Of a stretch of DNA of 64,000 bases, positions 36,480 through 48,415 are shown in pieces; position 1 is the first letter of the stretch; each line of letters begins with the position of its first letter. The DNA is from Narcine bancroftii (taxonomy: Eukaryota), in assembly GCF_036971445.1 (NCBI RefSeq), contig NC_091473.1, forward strand, positions 81,716,001 to 81,780,000, given 5' to 3'. The notes below the pieces were generated by a model. It did no database searches, was not told where the DNA came from, and saw only the letters and a list, made by a program, of their open reading frames with translations. A program made the position numbers and the translations under genes.

Positions 36480-38700
36480 AACAGAACCATAGAACATTAC
36501 AGCACAGAAAACAGGCTCTTCAGCCCTTCTAGTCAGTGCCAAATTATTATTCTGCCTCGTCCCACTGACTTGCACCCAGTCCACAGTGCTTCATACCCCT
36601 CCCATTCATCCATGGACCTGTTCATTTTTTTTTTCTGAAATATTAAAATCGAGCCTGAATTCACCACTTCAGCTGGTAGCTTGATCCACACTCCTACTTT
36701 TCTCTGTGTGAAGAAGTTCCAACTAATGTTCCCCCTAAACTGGCTAAGGACATTTTAAATATTGTATTAATAAATAGAAAATCTTTAAAAGATGTATATT
36801 ATAGGGCCCCCTGCAATTTCTAGTCTAGCCTCCATCAAGGTCCTAGGGGATATCTTGTCAGGCCTTGGGGATTTATCTACCCTTATTTAAGACAGCAAGC
36901 ACCTCCTCTTTAATATGTATAGGTTCAATAATCTCACTGCTTGTTTTCCTTACTTCCCTTGACTCTGTGCCAGTATTCTGAGTCAATACTGATGCAAAAA
37001 ACACATTTAAGATCTGTCCCATCTCTACTGGGTACAAGGAGACCAATTTGGTCCTTACTCTCATTTTGCTCTTAATATACCTGTAGAAACCCTTAGGACA
37101 CACATGTCAAACCTGGCCCGCGGGCCAAATATTTGGCCCGCAAGATCATTTCAAAGATGTATTAGAGGTGGCCTGCCCTGCAGCGAGAGCCGATGCTGTT
37201 TTTTGGTAATGTCACCCCCACCATCCTCCCCCTTCATTGCACATCCTTCCCCACCCCCTAACTATCCCCTTCCCCCTAAAACCACCCCCCTTAAAAGATG
37301 GCCAGAATATTCTCAAAAAGGAATCCAGAATGGTAAAGTTCCACAAACCTTCTGCTGGGAATCCTAACAACACCCGGGCATCAGATCCACGGGACGCGGA
37401 GGGAGCAACAGTGTTGCAGGTTGACCGTGCAAACTTTGAGAACGGGGAAAACAAAATTGTAACACGAGAAGTCTGTCGATGTCATCAGCCGGCAAGCCAG
37501 TTGGAAGGCTCCCCGCACAACCAGTCACTTCTCCCACTTGTCGAGCGGTGTGGCGGATTGGCGAGCGCTTGTGATTTCCTGTCGGCGCGACGGACATGGC
37601 AGGCTGCGCACGGCCCCCGCTGTTCCGCAAAGGCTGATTGGCAGCGCGCTGGGCCTGAGTGGGTGGGTAAGCAGGGGTGGCCTGAGGGTGTAGGTGAGGA
37701 GTAATGGGCAGGGAAAGTTATGGTGGTGCGAGGGGCAGTTAGAGGGAGGGATGAGTAGAAGGAGGGGTGGATAGGGAAGAGGTAAAAGGGGAGGGCCAGG
37801 GCGAGTAGGGGAGGGGTGATTAGAGGGTGAGAGACGGGTAGAGGGAGGAACAGGTTGAGGGGAGAGGCAGTAGAGGGGCATGTATAGGATGGGGTGGGTA
37901 GAGGCAGAGCGAGTGGAGTGAGGGGTGAGTAGAGGTTGGGTAAAGGACTGGTCAGGTAGAGGGATGATGAGTTGAGGGTGAATAGAGGACTAGAGCCTGA
38001 GGAGTGAGCAGGAAATGCTGAGTCCTGATGCAGGCCAAAATGGACACAGCCTGTGATTGCTGACTACATCTCCACAGGGACCAAATAGGTTTCCCTCAGG
38101 TCAAGCAAAGGGTGAACTTGAGCTACCTACTCCTGACCTGTAACATTATCCTCCTAAAGTTATATCCTAAAGTTTAACATTACATATGTTGAAAGAAGAG
38201 AAAACATGCAGATGTTGTTGAAAATTTTCAATAAATATTTAGTTCGGCCCTCGACTTAGTCCAAGTTTTTAAGTTTGGCCCTCCGTGAATTTGAGTTTGA
38301 CACCCCTGCCTTAGGATTTTCTTTCACATTGTCTGCCAAAGCAAACTCATATCTTCTTTTAGTCCTGATTTCCTTCTTAACTTTTACATTTTTTTAATAT
38401 TCCTCAAGCATCTCATTTGCTCCTTGTTGCCTATTCCTCTCTCATCCCCAATATCCATCGAAAATCAAGGTTCCCTATGTCTGTTAACTTTGCCTTTTAT
38501 CCTGACAGTAAAAGAGAACCTGTTCTCAAAATTTCACCTTTGAAGGCCTTCCACTTACCAGACATATCCTTGCCAGAAAACAACTTGTGCCATTCCACAC
38601 TTGCTCATTTCCCATTTCCTCAAAATTGGCCTTTCTCCTTATCCATAATTAACTTTAAATTAATGGCATTATGATCACTGAACCCAAAATGTTTCCCTAA
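36480..38700 (-). mobile_element. CR1-type LINE fragments split by a hAT insertion
   Basis: PKGFYRYIKSK...MGQILNVFFASV (36873-37103); CR1 tail near 36480. Confidence 0.65.
37099..38308. mobile_element. Non-autonomous hAT (Charlie-like) element, 1210 bp
   Basis: Termini CACACATGTCAAAC / GTTTGACACCCCTG; subterminal GGCCCGCGGGCC; perfect 8-bp TSD CCTTAGGA at 37091-37098 and 38309-38316. Confidence 0.85.
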
Positions 38701-39050
38701 AACTAAGTTTATGGCAGTACATTTTAATTGACCTTGGATTTCTTTTTCTTTATGAATGTCTGACAGTCAATCAATTTTTTGATAGTTTTGATAACTAGTT
38801 TAGTCTAAGGAATGGCATGAATGGGTTTCAAAGCGTTTCAATAAGACCTGACGGTTAATTGACAATTAGTGAGATTGCATTACTTTAGATCTTGCCAATC
38901 TCCCCTTGAAAATTGCTTCTACCCGGTAAGTGTGGATTTAGTGGGTGGGCAACTTGTTACCATGGATGGCAGCTCTGCAGAAATTCTATCACTAACCCTT
39001 CAGCATACATTGAAGATAGTTTAAAATGGTATGCTTGAGAACCTCTATAC

Positions 39051-39194
39051 CTGTGGCATGTGCCTCTTGAATGTACACAATGAGGAAATCAGCTTTTGAG
39101 CTGAAGTCTTTGACAAGTCTTTTGAACTCATCAAACTTGAAGAGAAATGGAGGTCAGGAGCAACTTCCGAAATTCAATACCAGTGGTTGGTTAT
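39051..39194 (-). CDS. DIO1: DIO1 exon 2 with selenocysteine UGA (39154-39156)
   Basis: [48 protein letters not shown]; 144 nt; canonical splice sites. Missed by the ORF track because of the UGA. Confidence 0.95.
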
Positions 39195-40793
39195 CTAGAA
39201 AGAAAATTTAATCTGTTACCAAAAGAGTTGTGAGAATACAATTATCTGCCAAAGCAGATTGCATTAGATGAATATGAAAATAATGCATGATAAATATTTC
39301 TAACCAATGGATTTTTTTGCATATTTATTTTTCCCAAAGAGAATGACGATTAGAATGACTTATGTGTGAAGATGAAAAATATTTACACAATGAGTAAATG
39401 ATCTGTAATGCCTAACACAAAAGGATGATCTCAGTAAATTTATTAAAGAGAGCTGCATATATACTGTACTTGTAAAACAAATCAAAATTTTGGAGAAAGG
39501 GTTTGGGAGTTTAATTGTTTAGCTTTTTTTTTAAAAAGAGTTCATATAGAGATGGAAGTGCTTTATTCAAGTTTATTCAACTTTAGTCAAGTTTATTATT
39601 AACTGATTGCACAGTACAACCTGATGAAATGGCATTGTCTGGACCTTGGTGCAAGCATGCAGATGTACAACCAAACAACTCACATACAGACAACAATACA
39701 TATGCAGGACAAGTATTCATATTGTTTCATGAATATGAGAGTGGGAAAAAGCTGTTTCTCAGCCTGATGGTGCTGGCTCTGATGCTCCTGTATCTCTTTC
39801 TTGATGGGAGCAGCTGAAAGCAGTGAAATGCATCTTAGTTATATCTAATGTGTCTTTTATAAGTGGCTTTCCTGTATTACACATCAGTGATTTTCCTAAA
39901 TTATGTGAGAGTCAATAATGCAGAATAAAACACAGGCTAGCGTCGGGTTACATGTTACTGAATTCTTATCTCGAATAAACAACATTGCACTAATTAATTG
40001 GTGAACCCATCAGCCAGATCATGTCCTCTTCACACTACTAACATCACGAAAAAGGTACGAGAGCCTGAAACACAGCACCTTGAGACGCAAGGACAATGTT
40101 TATCCCTCTGCCATAAGATTTCTCAATGAATAATGAACCACAGACTTTCACTTATTTTCTTGCGCTATTTAGTTCTGAAATAAATTTATAGCAATATTTG
40201 CACTGTAAAGCTGCTCCAAAACAATGAATTTTGTGACCCGTTCATAAATTCTGATAAAACAAACCCTTAAAGTTGTTTACCTTCCTGCATGACTTGGAAA
40301 CCAGCTATCAGAACTGGGATTCAAAGGTGTGCTGAGGCCAAGAATGGGTCCTAAGGGCCTCAGGTGCTGACGATTTCCTGGTTGTATTGGGAGTTTGGAT
40401 CTGGAGCTCAGGTTGCCTGAGAACTAAAGTCTCGTGTGGCTGCAGGAGCTCGGGACCTGAATTCACAGACGCTCATTTGGCGATTTCACCCCACAGGCAA
40501 ACGGTGACCCTAATTTTCCTGGAGAAATTCTCAGTTCTCCCAGGCCTTTCACACTGCAGTCCAAATTCATGGGTATTCACCCTCCCCAGCAATTTAGGGG
40601 GAGTCCCACCCCCAACTGCCCACCCACTCCCTCCTTCCCGGCCATCAGTAGATTAGTCACTCGCTCGCTCACTCCCTCCCTCCCATTGGTAGGTTGGTTG
40701 CTCGCCTGCCTGCTCCCTCCCCCCCAGTCGATCATCAGTCACTCGCCCACCTGGTCCCTCCCTCCTGGCCGTCGGTAGGTCGCTTGCCTGTCC

Positions 40794-43700
40794 TGCAGTA
40801 GTGTATTGTGCTGATGGCTGGCTCTGCCCCCATCTGCTCACATATAACCCTGGTGTCCTGTCGAAACCCAGAACCCTTCTGAAGACTACTGTGAAACCCT
40901 GCTCATAGTTATAAGCTAATAAAAGCGTTTATTCTCCCTCCAGTTGTGAGTTTTTATTCGCACTACAATTTTATGAGCTTATTCCCTAAACGATGGAAGT
41001 GCTACTCAAGCCAGGGATGCTGCTGATCAACCCTCTGTCCCCTGACGCGGTTACATGAGGCAGCGACTGCTCGAGTCAGGAAAAAAGGACCTGACTAGCC
41101 ATGTTGAACTGGCCAAATTGTTGGAACATGCCAAGCTCGAGAACGACGACCTCAAAGCTAGCAAGCTTGCTCACCCAGGTGAACCCTTCCAAGGGCTGGC
41201 TGCTCCTGCTACCCCTGCCCTAACGACTGCCACTTCCCGTGCTAGAGAGTGCTTTTTCTGCGGCAAGAGCCAGCATTCCCGATCTCGTTGCCTGTAAAGA
41301 CTCTGTGTGTTCTAGCTATGGCAAGAAAGGGCATTGCGTGAGGGTTCGCAGCGCGAGGGGAAGCCCGGGAAAGTCCACGTCTGAACCACTCCCGGACCCA
41401 ATTCCAGTCCCGAGCTGTCTGCCCCAAATTCATGCGAACCCACTTGGTGTGCTACACGCCGATGGAGGGTGGCATTGACAGTGAGGAAATGGCGCAAAAA
41501 GGTTCGGTGGCCATCTTGCCGTGACCCAAATTCAAACTTGGCACCATCATCGTCAGAGGAGGAAGGAGGGCAGCCATCTTGCTGTGCTACAAGGTCAACA
41601 TCATCTTACCCACGCAGGGTAACCCATGACGGTGGGGGTCACTCGAGTGAAGAGCATGGTGTCTCCGGGGTCCTAGCCTTGATGGTCCTAGATCAGGACA
41701 GACCTCACCAGCTCAGCAACTGGATAGTGACTGTGAAGGTAAATGCCATTAAATGCCTAACTGACACAGGCTCTACTAAAAGCTTCATATACTTGATGAA
41801 TTGTGTGCTCTGGTGTTGTTGAGTCTGGACTTCCTGTGTCACCTGAAGTGTGACCTTGGACTATTCTGGTCCCCTCCCCCCTGTAACGGTTTGGAATGGA
41901 GGGTCCCTAAAATCAGAACCCACATGCAGCCTCTCCACACTGAATATCGATCCCCCACCTCTCTTCCCAAACCTGTCCTCGGACTGCAAATCTATTGCTA
42001 CCAGCACAGCAGACCGAGATTTTATAAAGACTGAGACACAATGTCTACTCAACGAAGGTATCATCAAACCTAGCTCCAGCCCGTGGTGAGCGCAAGTGGT
42101 AGTGGTGAAAGGGGAAAACATGTCCAGGCTAGTAATTGACTATAGCCAAACTATTAATCGGTACACACTCCTGGACGCATACCCCCTTCCTCGAATTTCA
42201 GACATGGTGAATGATATTGTGCAGTATCGGGTCTATTTGACCATCAACCTAAAAGCTGCTTATCACCAGCTGCCAATCCATTCTGAGGAACATCCATATA
42301 CGGCATTTGAGGCCAACAGTCATCTCTATCAATTCCAGAGGGTCCCTTTTGATATCACTAACAGGGTTTCTATCCTCCAGAGGCAGATGTACAGAATGGT
42401 GGATGAGTATTGGGCGAAGGCTTCATTCCCCTAACTCGCTAACATCACCATCTGCAGCCACACCTTGGAAGACCATGATGCCAACCTCCAGAGTTTTCTC
42501 CACGTGGTGAAAGCACTGAACCTTACTCTGACAAGTGTGTGTTCAGGACTAAACGTCTGGCTATCCTTGGCTACTTAGTGAATGGCATAATTGGCCCCGA
42601 TCCTGATAGGATGCGTCCCCTGTTAGAGCTCCCCATCCCCTGGACCACAAAGGCTTTGAGGAGATGTCTAGGATTTTTCTCATATTATGCCCAGTGGATC
42701 CTTCAATACGCTGATAAGGTTTGCCCTCTCTTAAAAGCCACTAATTTCCCTATCTCGCCTGAAGTCCAAATGGCTTTTAACTACCTCTGGAATCACATTA
42801 TGAAAGCCGCCATGCATGTGGTGGATGAGAATGTACTTTTCCAAGTGGAAAGCGATGTTTTGGACGCAGCCCTGGCTGCGACCCTCAACCAGGCTCAGAC
42901 ATTACAAGGCCACGAACTCCGGAACCCATCGGTGGAAAAGGAGGCTCAAGCCATTGTAGAAGCTGTGAGGCACTTGAGATACTACCTGGCTGGTAGGAAA
43001 TTTATGCTCCTCACTGACCAGCGCTCGGTCGCATTCATGTTTAATAATGTAAGAGGAGCAAAATCAAAAATGACAAAATTGCTACAATTTTGACATTGTC
43101 TATTGGCCAGGAGCCCTTAATACCCTGCAGATGTCTTATCCAGAGGAAGCTGTGCCTCTGCATACACCGGGCAACTGTGGTCTCTGCATAATGAGCTCTG
43201 CCAACCAGGGGTTACCCACATGGCTCATTTTGTCAAGGCCTGCAACCTGCCCTACTCCATGGAAGACGTCAGGGAAATGACCAGGTCTGCGAGGAGTGCA
43301 AGCTGCATTTCTACAGTCTCGCAAAGCTACACCTGATCAAGTCATCCAGGCTCTTTGAACGGCTCAGGGTTGATTTTAAGGGACCTCCCCTCCACGAACA
43401 GGAACACTTTCTTCCCATCATTGATGAGTACTCCCGCTTCTTGTTCACCATTCCATGTCCAGACACATCCACTTCGTCATTCATAAAGGCCCTAGATTCC
43501 ATTTTTGCCCTGTTCGGGTATCCCAGCTATATTCATAGCAACTGGGGCTCATCCTTTATGAGTGATGAGCTACATCAGTACCTGCTGGTGAGGGGCATCA
43601 AATCCAGCAGGACCACTACCCACAACCCCCAGGGGAATGGGCAGGTTGAAAAGGAGAATGCTATGGTCTGGAAGACTGTCAAACTGTTCCTGGTCAAAAG

Positions 43701-44525
43701 GCCTTCCAGACTCACGCTGGCAGGAAGTCCTCCCATTGGCACTCCATTCCATCTGGTTGATAGTATGTACCGCGACCAACGCTACTCCTCACGAGCTCCT
43801 ATTCAATTTTGAAAGAAGGTCAACATCGGGAACCACATTCCAAACCTGGCTCACCACTCCTGGTCCAGTCCTTCTCAGGAAGCACGTGAGGAGAAGCAAG
43901 ACTGACCCCCCACCCCAGTGGAAAGGGTGAAACTGCTCCATGCTAATCCCACATATGCCTATGTGGAGTACCCAATGGCAGAGAGGACACCGTCTCCATC
44001 AGGGACCTGGCACCCGCCGGAACAGAGGGTCTGTTGCCTCGTGCCCTGCGAGCCACCGAGCTCATTCTTGCCACCCCCAGTCAGGGCCTCAGGGGATCTG
44101 GTTCAGGAGTAAAGTGCATCACCCTCCACCATTGGGCCGGAGTCCCAGCCCACCTCTTTTCCCTCACAAGGGAACCAGGAGATCCAAGGAGCCCAAGGCC
44201 CCCTGGGACTAAGGTGCTCCACCAGGATCTCCAGAACCCCAGATCGCTTAAATCTGTAAGTAACTGTATATTTTTCAACCTTTTTTTTCCTGAACCCATG
44301 TTCTCTGTCTTCATTCACAGACCCTAAATTCTGCAGGAAGGGCTGAATGCAGTGAACTAGGATTCACTGGTCGTGTGTTGTGCCTCCCGGCTCCACCCCC
44401 ATCTGCTCACATCTAACCCTAGTTTCCCACCTAAACCCAGAATCCTTCCAAAGACTACTGTGAGACCCTACCCATAGAGTTATAAGCTAATAAAAGCGTT
44501 TGTTCTCCCTCCAGTCGTGAGAGCT
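40794..44525 (+). mobile_element. Degenerate Gypsy LTR retrotransposon (LTRs ~40794-40967 and ~44348-44525)
   Basis: Gag CxxCxxxxH, protease DTGS, RT DYSQTINR..LDAYPLPRI, RNase H EKEAQAI/TDQRS, integrase NPQGNGQVEK; PPT GGAAGGGCTGAA before the 3' LTR; many stops and frameshifts. Confidence 0.88.
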
Positions 44526-45400
44526 TAAATAAAAGCTCTCCACACCCTCCCCTCAGCCATCCGTCGGTCACTTGGCCACCCGCTCCTTCCCTCCCCCCGG
44601 CTGTTTGTCGGTCGGGTTGGTTGCCCACCTCCCCGCACTTCGGGGCCGCTTTGGCCCGTCGCGACGGTGGCGCAATGTGGGACGAATGGCTGACTTCGTT
44701 TCGCATCATCTCTCATGCTCCGGGAAAATCAGCTGCGTGATGGATTAGAGTTAACAAGGCTGACCATTCATCCCACATTGTGCTGCCGAAGCGACCCGCT
44801 CTTCTCTGGTGGGAAGTATCTTTTAATTTTCATCGCCTACAAAGCGCTGATGTCACGCGGCTGCCTGCTTGGCCATTTGGCTCTTCACACTGATGGTCTG
44901 GGAAAAATTCCCGGCCCTGGACCCATTTAAAATTCCCGGGCCAATCTTTCTCACCACAGGTTCATGGGAAAATTTCCGGGGAATTTCCATTTTACAATAC
45001 GGTATGAAAAAGGGACTCCTTTTTGCTTCTTATTGTTTGGGGCACCGGCAATGCTCATGGTGACTCTTGCCTGACAGCAAATGTATATTACATTTTTACT
45101 GACATTACGTGATAATAAAAGGAACCTTTGAAATGAAGGGGTGATCCCAATTCTTGCTTATCCCTTTGAATCCATTTCAATGAGCATTATAAACAAATGC
45201 TGAAAAGTATGGATTGTTGAGCCTCAACAGGACGCATTCAAGTGCTTGCTTGTCCCTGCCTGTTCTGGATCTGAACTCACCATCATGTTGTACTTTTACC
45301 ATCGGTTGCACAGATTAAGTCGATTTGTTGAGCTAAAGGAAAATATGCACGTTACTTTTTTTGTACACGCCTCATGCAGTGAGATGCAAGTCATACATAC

Positions 45401-45731
45401 CTTTCGAGAAATCAAGCAGTCGATGTTCCTTGTGGTCAAAGTCGATGACTCGAGTATTGGGAGCAGAGGTGCCACTGAAAGCTTCATCTCCGGCATTTAT
45501 TAATAGATGTTGCACCACGACCTTCATAAACTTAAAACTGAAAAATGTTGGGCCCCAGTCTTCATATTTAAATTTTGAATTTTGTGTCATGGTGCTTTTC
45601 ATTCCAGCTTTCAGAACGATCTTCTTCAGGGTTTCAGGAAAGAGAAGCATCATAATTTTACCAATCAATGTCTGCAGAAAGATATAGACCAGAAGGCCCA
45701 AAGTCTTCAAGTACACAGTGAATTTCCCCAT
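45401..45731 (-). CDS. DIO1: DIO1 exon 1 (full protein 246 aa, Sec124)
   Basis: MGKFTVYLKTLGLLVYIFL...MTQNSKFKYEDWGPTFFSFKF...APNTRVI..; hydrophobic N-terminal anchor; donor G|GTATG; 331+144+200+66 = 741 nt in frame. Confidence 0.93.
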
Positions 45732-45759
45732 GTCCGCCTTGAACTGAACAGCAGCCTGT

Positions 45760-46530
45760 GAACTAAATACTGCTCCTCCTTTCCGTGCAACTCGATTCGA
45801 CACGGAAGGGTTGACGCTCCATCGGTTCGAAAGGTCCAGCCCATTTTATTGATCGTGAGCTCTCAGCTGACCCTGGGTCATTCTCCGTGAGTGCGCACAA
45901 AGAAAGACATCATCGCCTTCGTGGTTTTGGAGGGGGTGATCGCCCGCAAAATAGAAGCAGGGCGCGGCGCAGCTTGGCTGACCCATTGTTTGGGCCGAGC
46001 ACTGTTCAGCGTGGTCGTGGGGAATAGATTTGTCGGGGTGGATGAAGTTGCCTTTAAGGAGGACGTCGCCTTTAAGGAGGGGTGACTGGTGACGTGTCGT
46101 CCTCGTCCGGCCCGTGCTGCGCCATTGGGGTCCGACGTTGGGTGGAGAAGCAAAACGCCCCGCTGCCAGGAGGGAAGGAGTGTGAGCTCCTGCCCACGGT
46201 GAGGGAGGCCAGGGCCCGAGCCTTGTCAAGAAAGGGGTGGGTTTGTTTTTGGGGTGGGGGGGGGCGGCGTCGGTAATCCCCCTGCCCAGCCAGTCCCCCT
46301 CCCCTTGGGAAACCTCCCCGCCCAGCCACACTCTGCCCACTTGTTATTCGCCCCGCCCCGCGGTGCTGCCTCTGAGGCTGCTGACGGGGCACATTCTTAT
46401 CGAGGTGGAGACCGGTCGGTCGGGTTGACAGCCCTGACAGAGCCATCAGAGTTGAAGTGAAACTTGCCCCACTCGAGCACAGTGCAGGCTCTTCGGCCCT
46501 CGGCGTTGCTTCATGCCCCACTCAGCTTGC
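45760..46530. promoter_or_regulatory. CpG island / divergent DIO1-YIPF1 promoter
   Basis: CpG-dense; GC boxes (GGGGCGG ~46260, CCCCGCCCC ~46350); TGACGT at ~46090; lies between head-to-head genes. Confidence 0.7.
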
Positions 46531-47049
46531 AGCAAGGCTTTCCCCATCCTCATCCTTTGAGGTGCAATGTTCATAAAGGACCCTTTCGTCCAATAAATGT
46601 TCGTTAACAAATACAAACTAAGGGTCGTTCCTGCATTTTATTTTGTTTTCCCCACTTAATTATCATTGGGGAAGTTGATACTGAAAATTTAAATTTAAAG
46701 AGTATTGCTGTAGGTAACTAGTCCGCGATTACTTTATTTGCTTTCTATTTTGGGGTCCACGTTTCCAATGCATTCTTTATAAAATAGAGGTGTAAAAGTG
46801 TTGAAGCTCATATACCACGTGTTCATTTTTAAACGTGTGTCTTTTGGTTTTTTTTAATAATGTTTTCATTGATTATAAAATATCCCTGATACCTGTAGGT
46901 AAATACATTGTGTTAAAGTGAAGCTTCATTACAATCTATTTTGAGTGAGGCCTTGTCTTTTCTAAATCTGATCCTATTAAATTACCACATTTTTATTTTG
47001 CAGAAACTAAAGATCTGTTCATAAATTATTAGTTCTGGCAATCACGTAA

Positions 47050-47080
47050 ATGGCAGCGGCAGATGAATTACAGTTTCAAG
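47050..47080 (+). CDS. YIPF1: YIPF1 coding exon 1
   Basis: MAAADELQFQ (human MAAVDDLQFE); acceptor CAG at 47001-47003, donor G|GTAAC. Confidence 0.85.
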
Positions 47081-47972
47081 GTAACAAGTTTTTAAAAAAC
47101 ATGTTTTTAATGCTATGATATTTGTGTTTTTATCACAATGGTATTGAGCTCACTCAGATGACATAAAGTACCTTCTAAAACTTTTAAGCTAATTTGTTTC
47201 AATAGTCTTCCTTCCTAGGAAACAATTCTACCTTTATGCTGCTAATTTTGAAATATTTGAACTTATCAGCATGAAATGATATGATCAACATTATCAATTT
47301 TCTTCCATTCCTCCATCATCCTTTTGCTCACACTGACATTGCTCAATTTGCTGAGTTGTCCCAGCAGATTGTTTATCCTGTTATGAATCTTCATTTATTT
47401 TGAAAACTTTTAAACTAATGGATACATTGCAGACATCCCCCATACCTTTTGCTATTTTTGGCCACTTGATTTTTGGATCATAATCTCATCACTCTGTTCA
47501 CTCCCTGCTCCCTCCACTGCCCCCCACAACTTTTAACAGACTATTTTTACTTGTTTTACAACTTGTATTTTAGTTTCTTCTGCAATATAGTGACTTACTA
47601 TGTGGATGCAATATCAAGTCTCAAATTCAAATAATAAAAGTTTATTTAACTTGTTGTTAAATGCACAGGTGGCTTGAAGGCTTCTGATGAAATTAGCTGG
47701 TGTCCATTGGGTCAAGAACTATAACAGAGTTTATAAGAATGAGTTGATGTAGCTGTATACCACAATTAATTGTTTTTGTACAGTCCATGACTCCCTTTAT
47801 GAATTTTGTGACTCATAGAGCTTCATTAATTTGCAACAACAATAGAGGTTCATTAATTAGCAACAATGCCCATTTGTACAGCTTTCACATAGATGAATTT
47901 TCCAGCAAAACTTAAGAGTATTCATATGGTTTTTAATACTTTATTTTTTCATTCATGTGTTGCTTAATGAAG

Positions 47973-48136
47973 AGTTTGATGATGCTACAAACCTGTTGGC
48001 AGCAAATCCTGATGCCACAACAATAAGCATTACAGATCCCAATGATAAACCTAAAAATCAGAGGGGTCCATCAGATGAGGTAGGAAGAGATGAGGATGAA
48101 GATTTACTGGGAAATGAAGACTCTGACAAGGCAGAG
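47973..48136 (+). CDS. YIPF1: YIPF1 coding exon 2
   Basis: EFDDATNLLAANPDATTISITDP...EDEDLLGNEDSDKAE; 164 nt. Confidence 0.92.
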
Positions 48137-48415
48137 GTGAGCAATTTTGTACCAGTAATTGCTTTAGAAATTTAATTTCTGTTATGTTCCCCCAAAATAG
48201 AGAATTAGTATATTTCAATAATCAGTAGAATTTAAAAAAAAATGTTGTCGTCATGGGAAAATAAGTCCTTTATTGATTAACTTCAGTGTATCTTGACACT
48301 TAAGTCCTCAGTGAAGTTCCATATTGGAAATGGAATTGCTTCTAAACTTTTGTGGCCTTTCAGCAGTTTACTTTTTCATTTGGTTTCCTGGTGCTCCTTT
48401 TTGTACAACTGAATT

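Noticed and set aside
39154-39156. Premature stop making DIO1 a pseudogene
   Set aside because: The TGA is at the conserved selenocysteine position, all exons are in frame, and a SECIS is present.
45732-45803. N-terminal extension of DIO1 in the ORF track
   Set aside because: Starts at GTG; the ATG at 45731 gives a typical DIO1 length of 246 aa.
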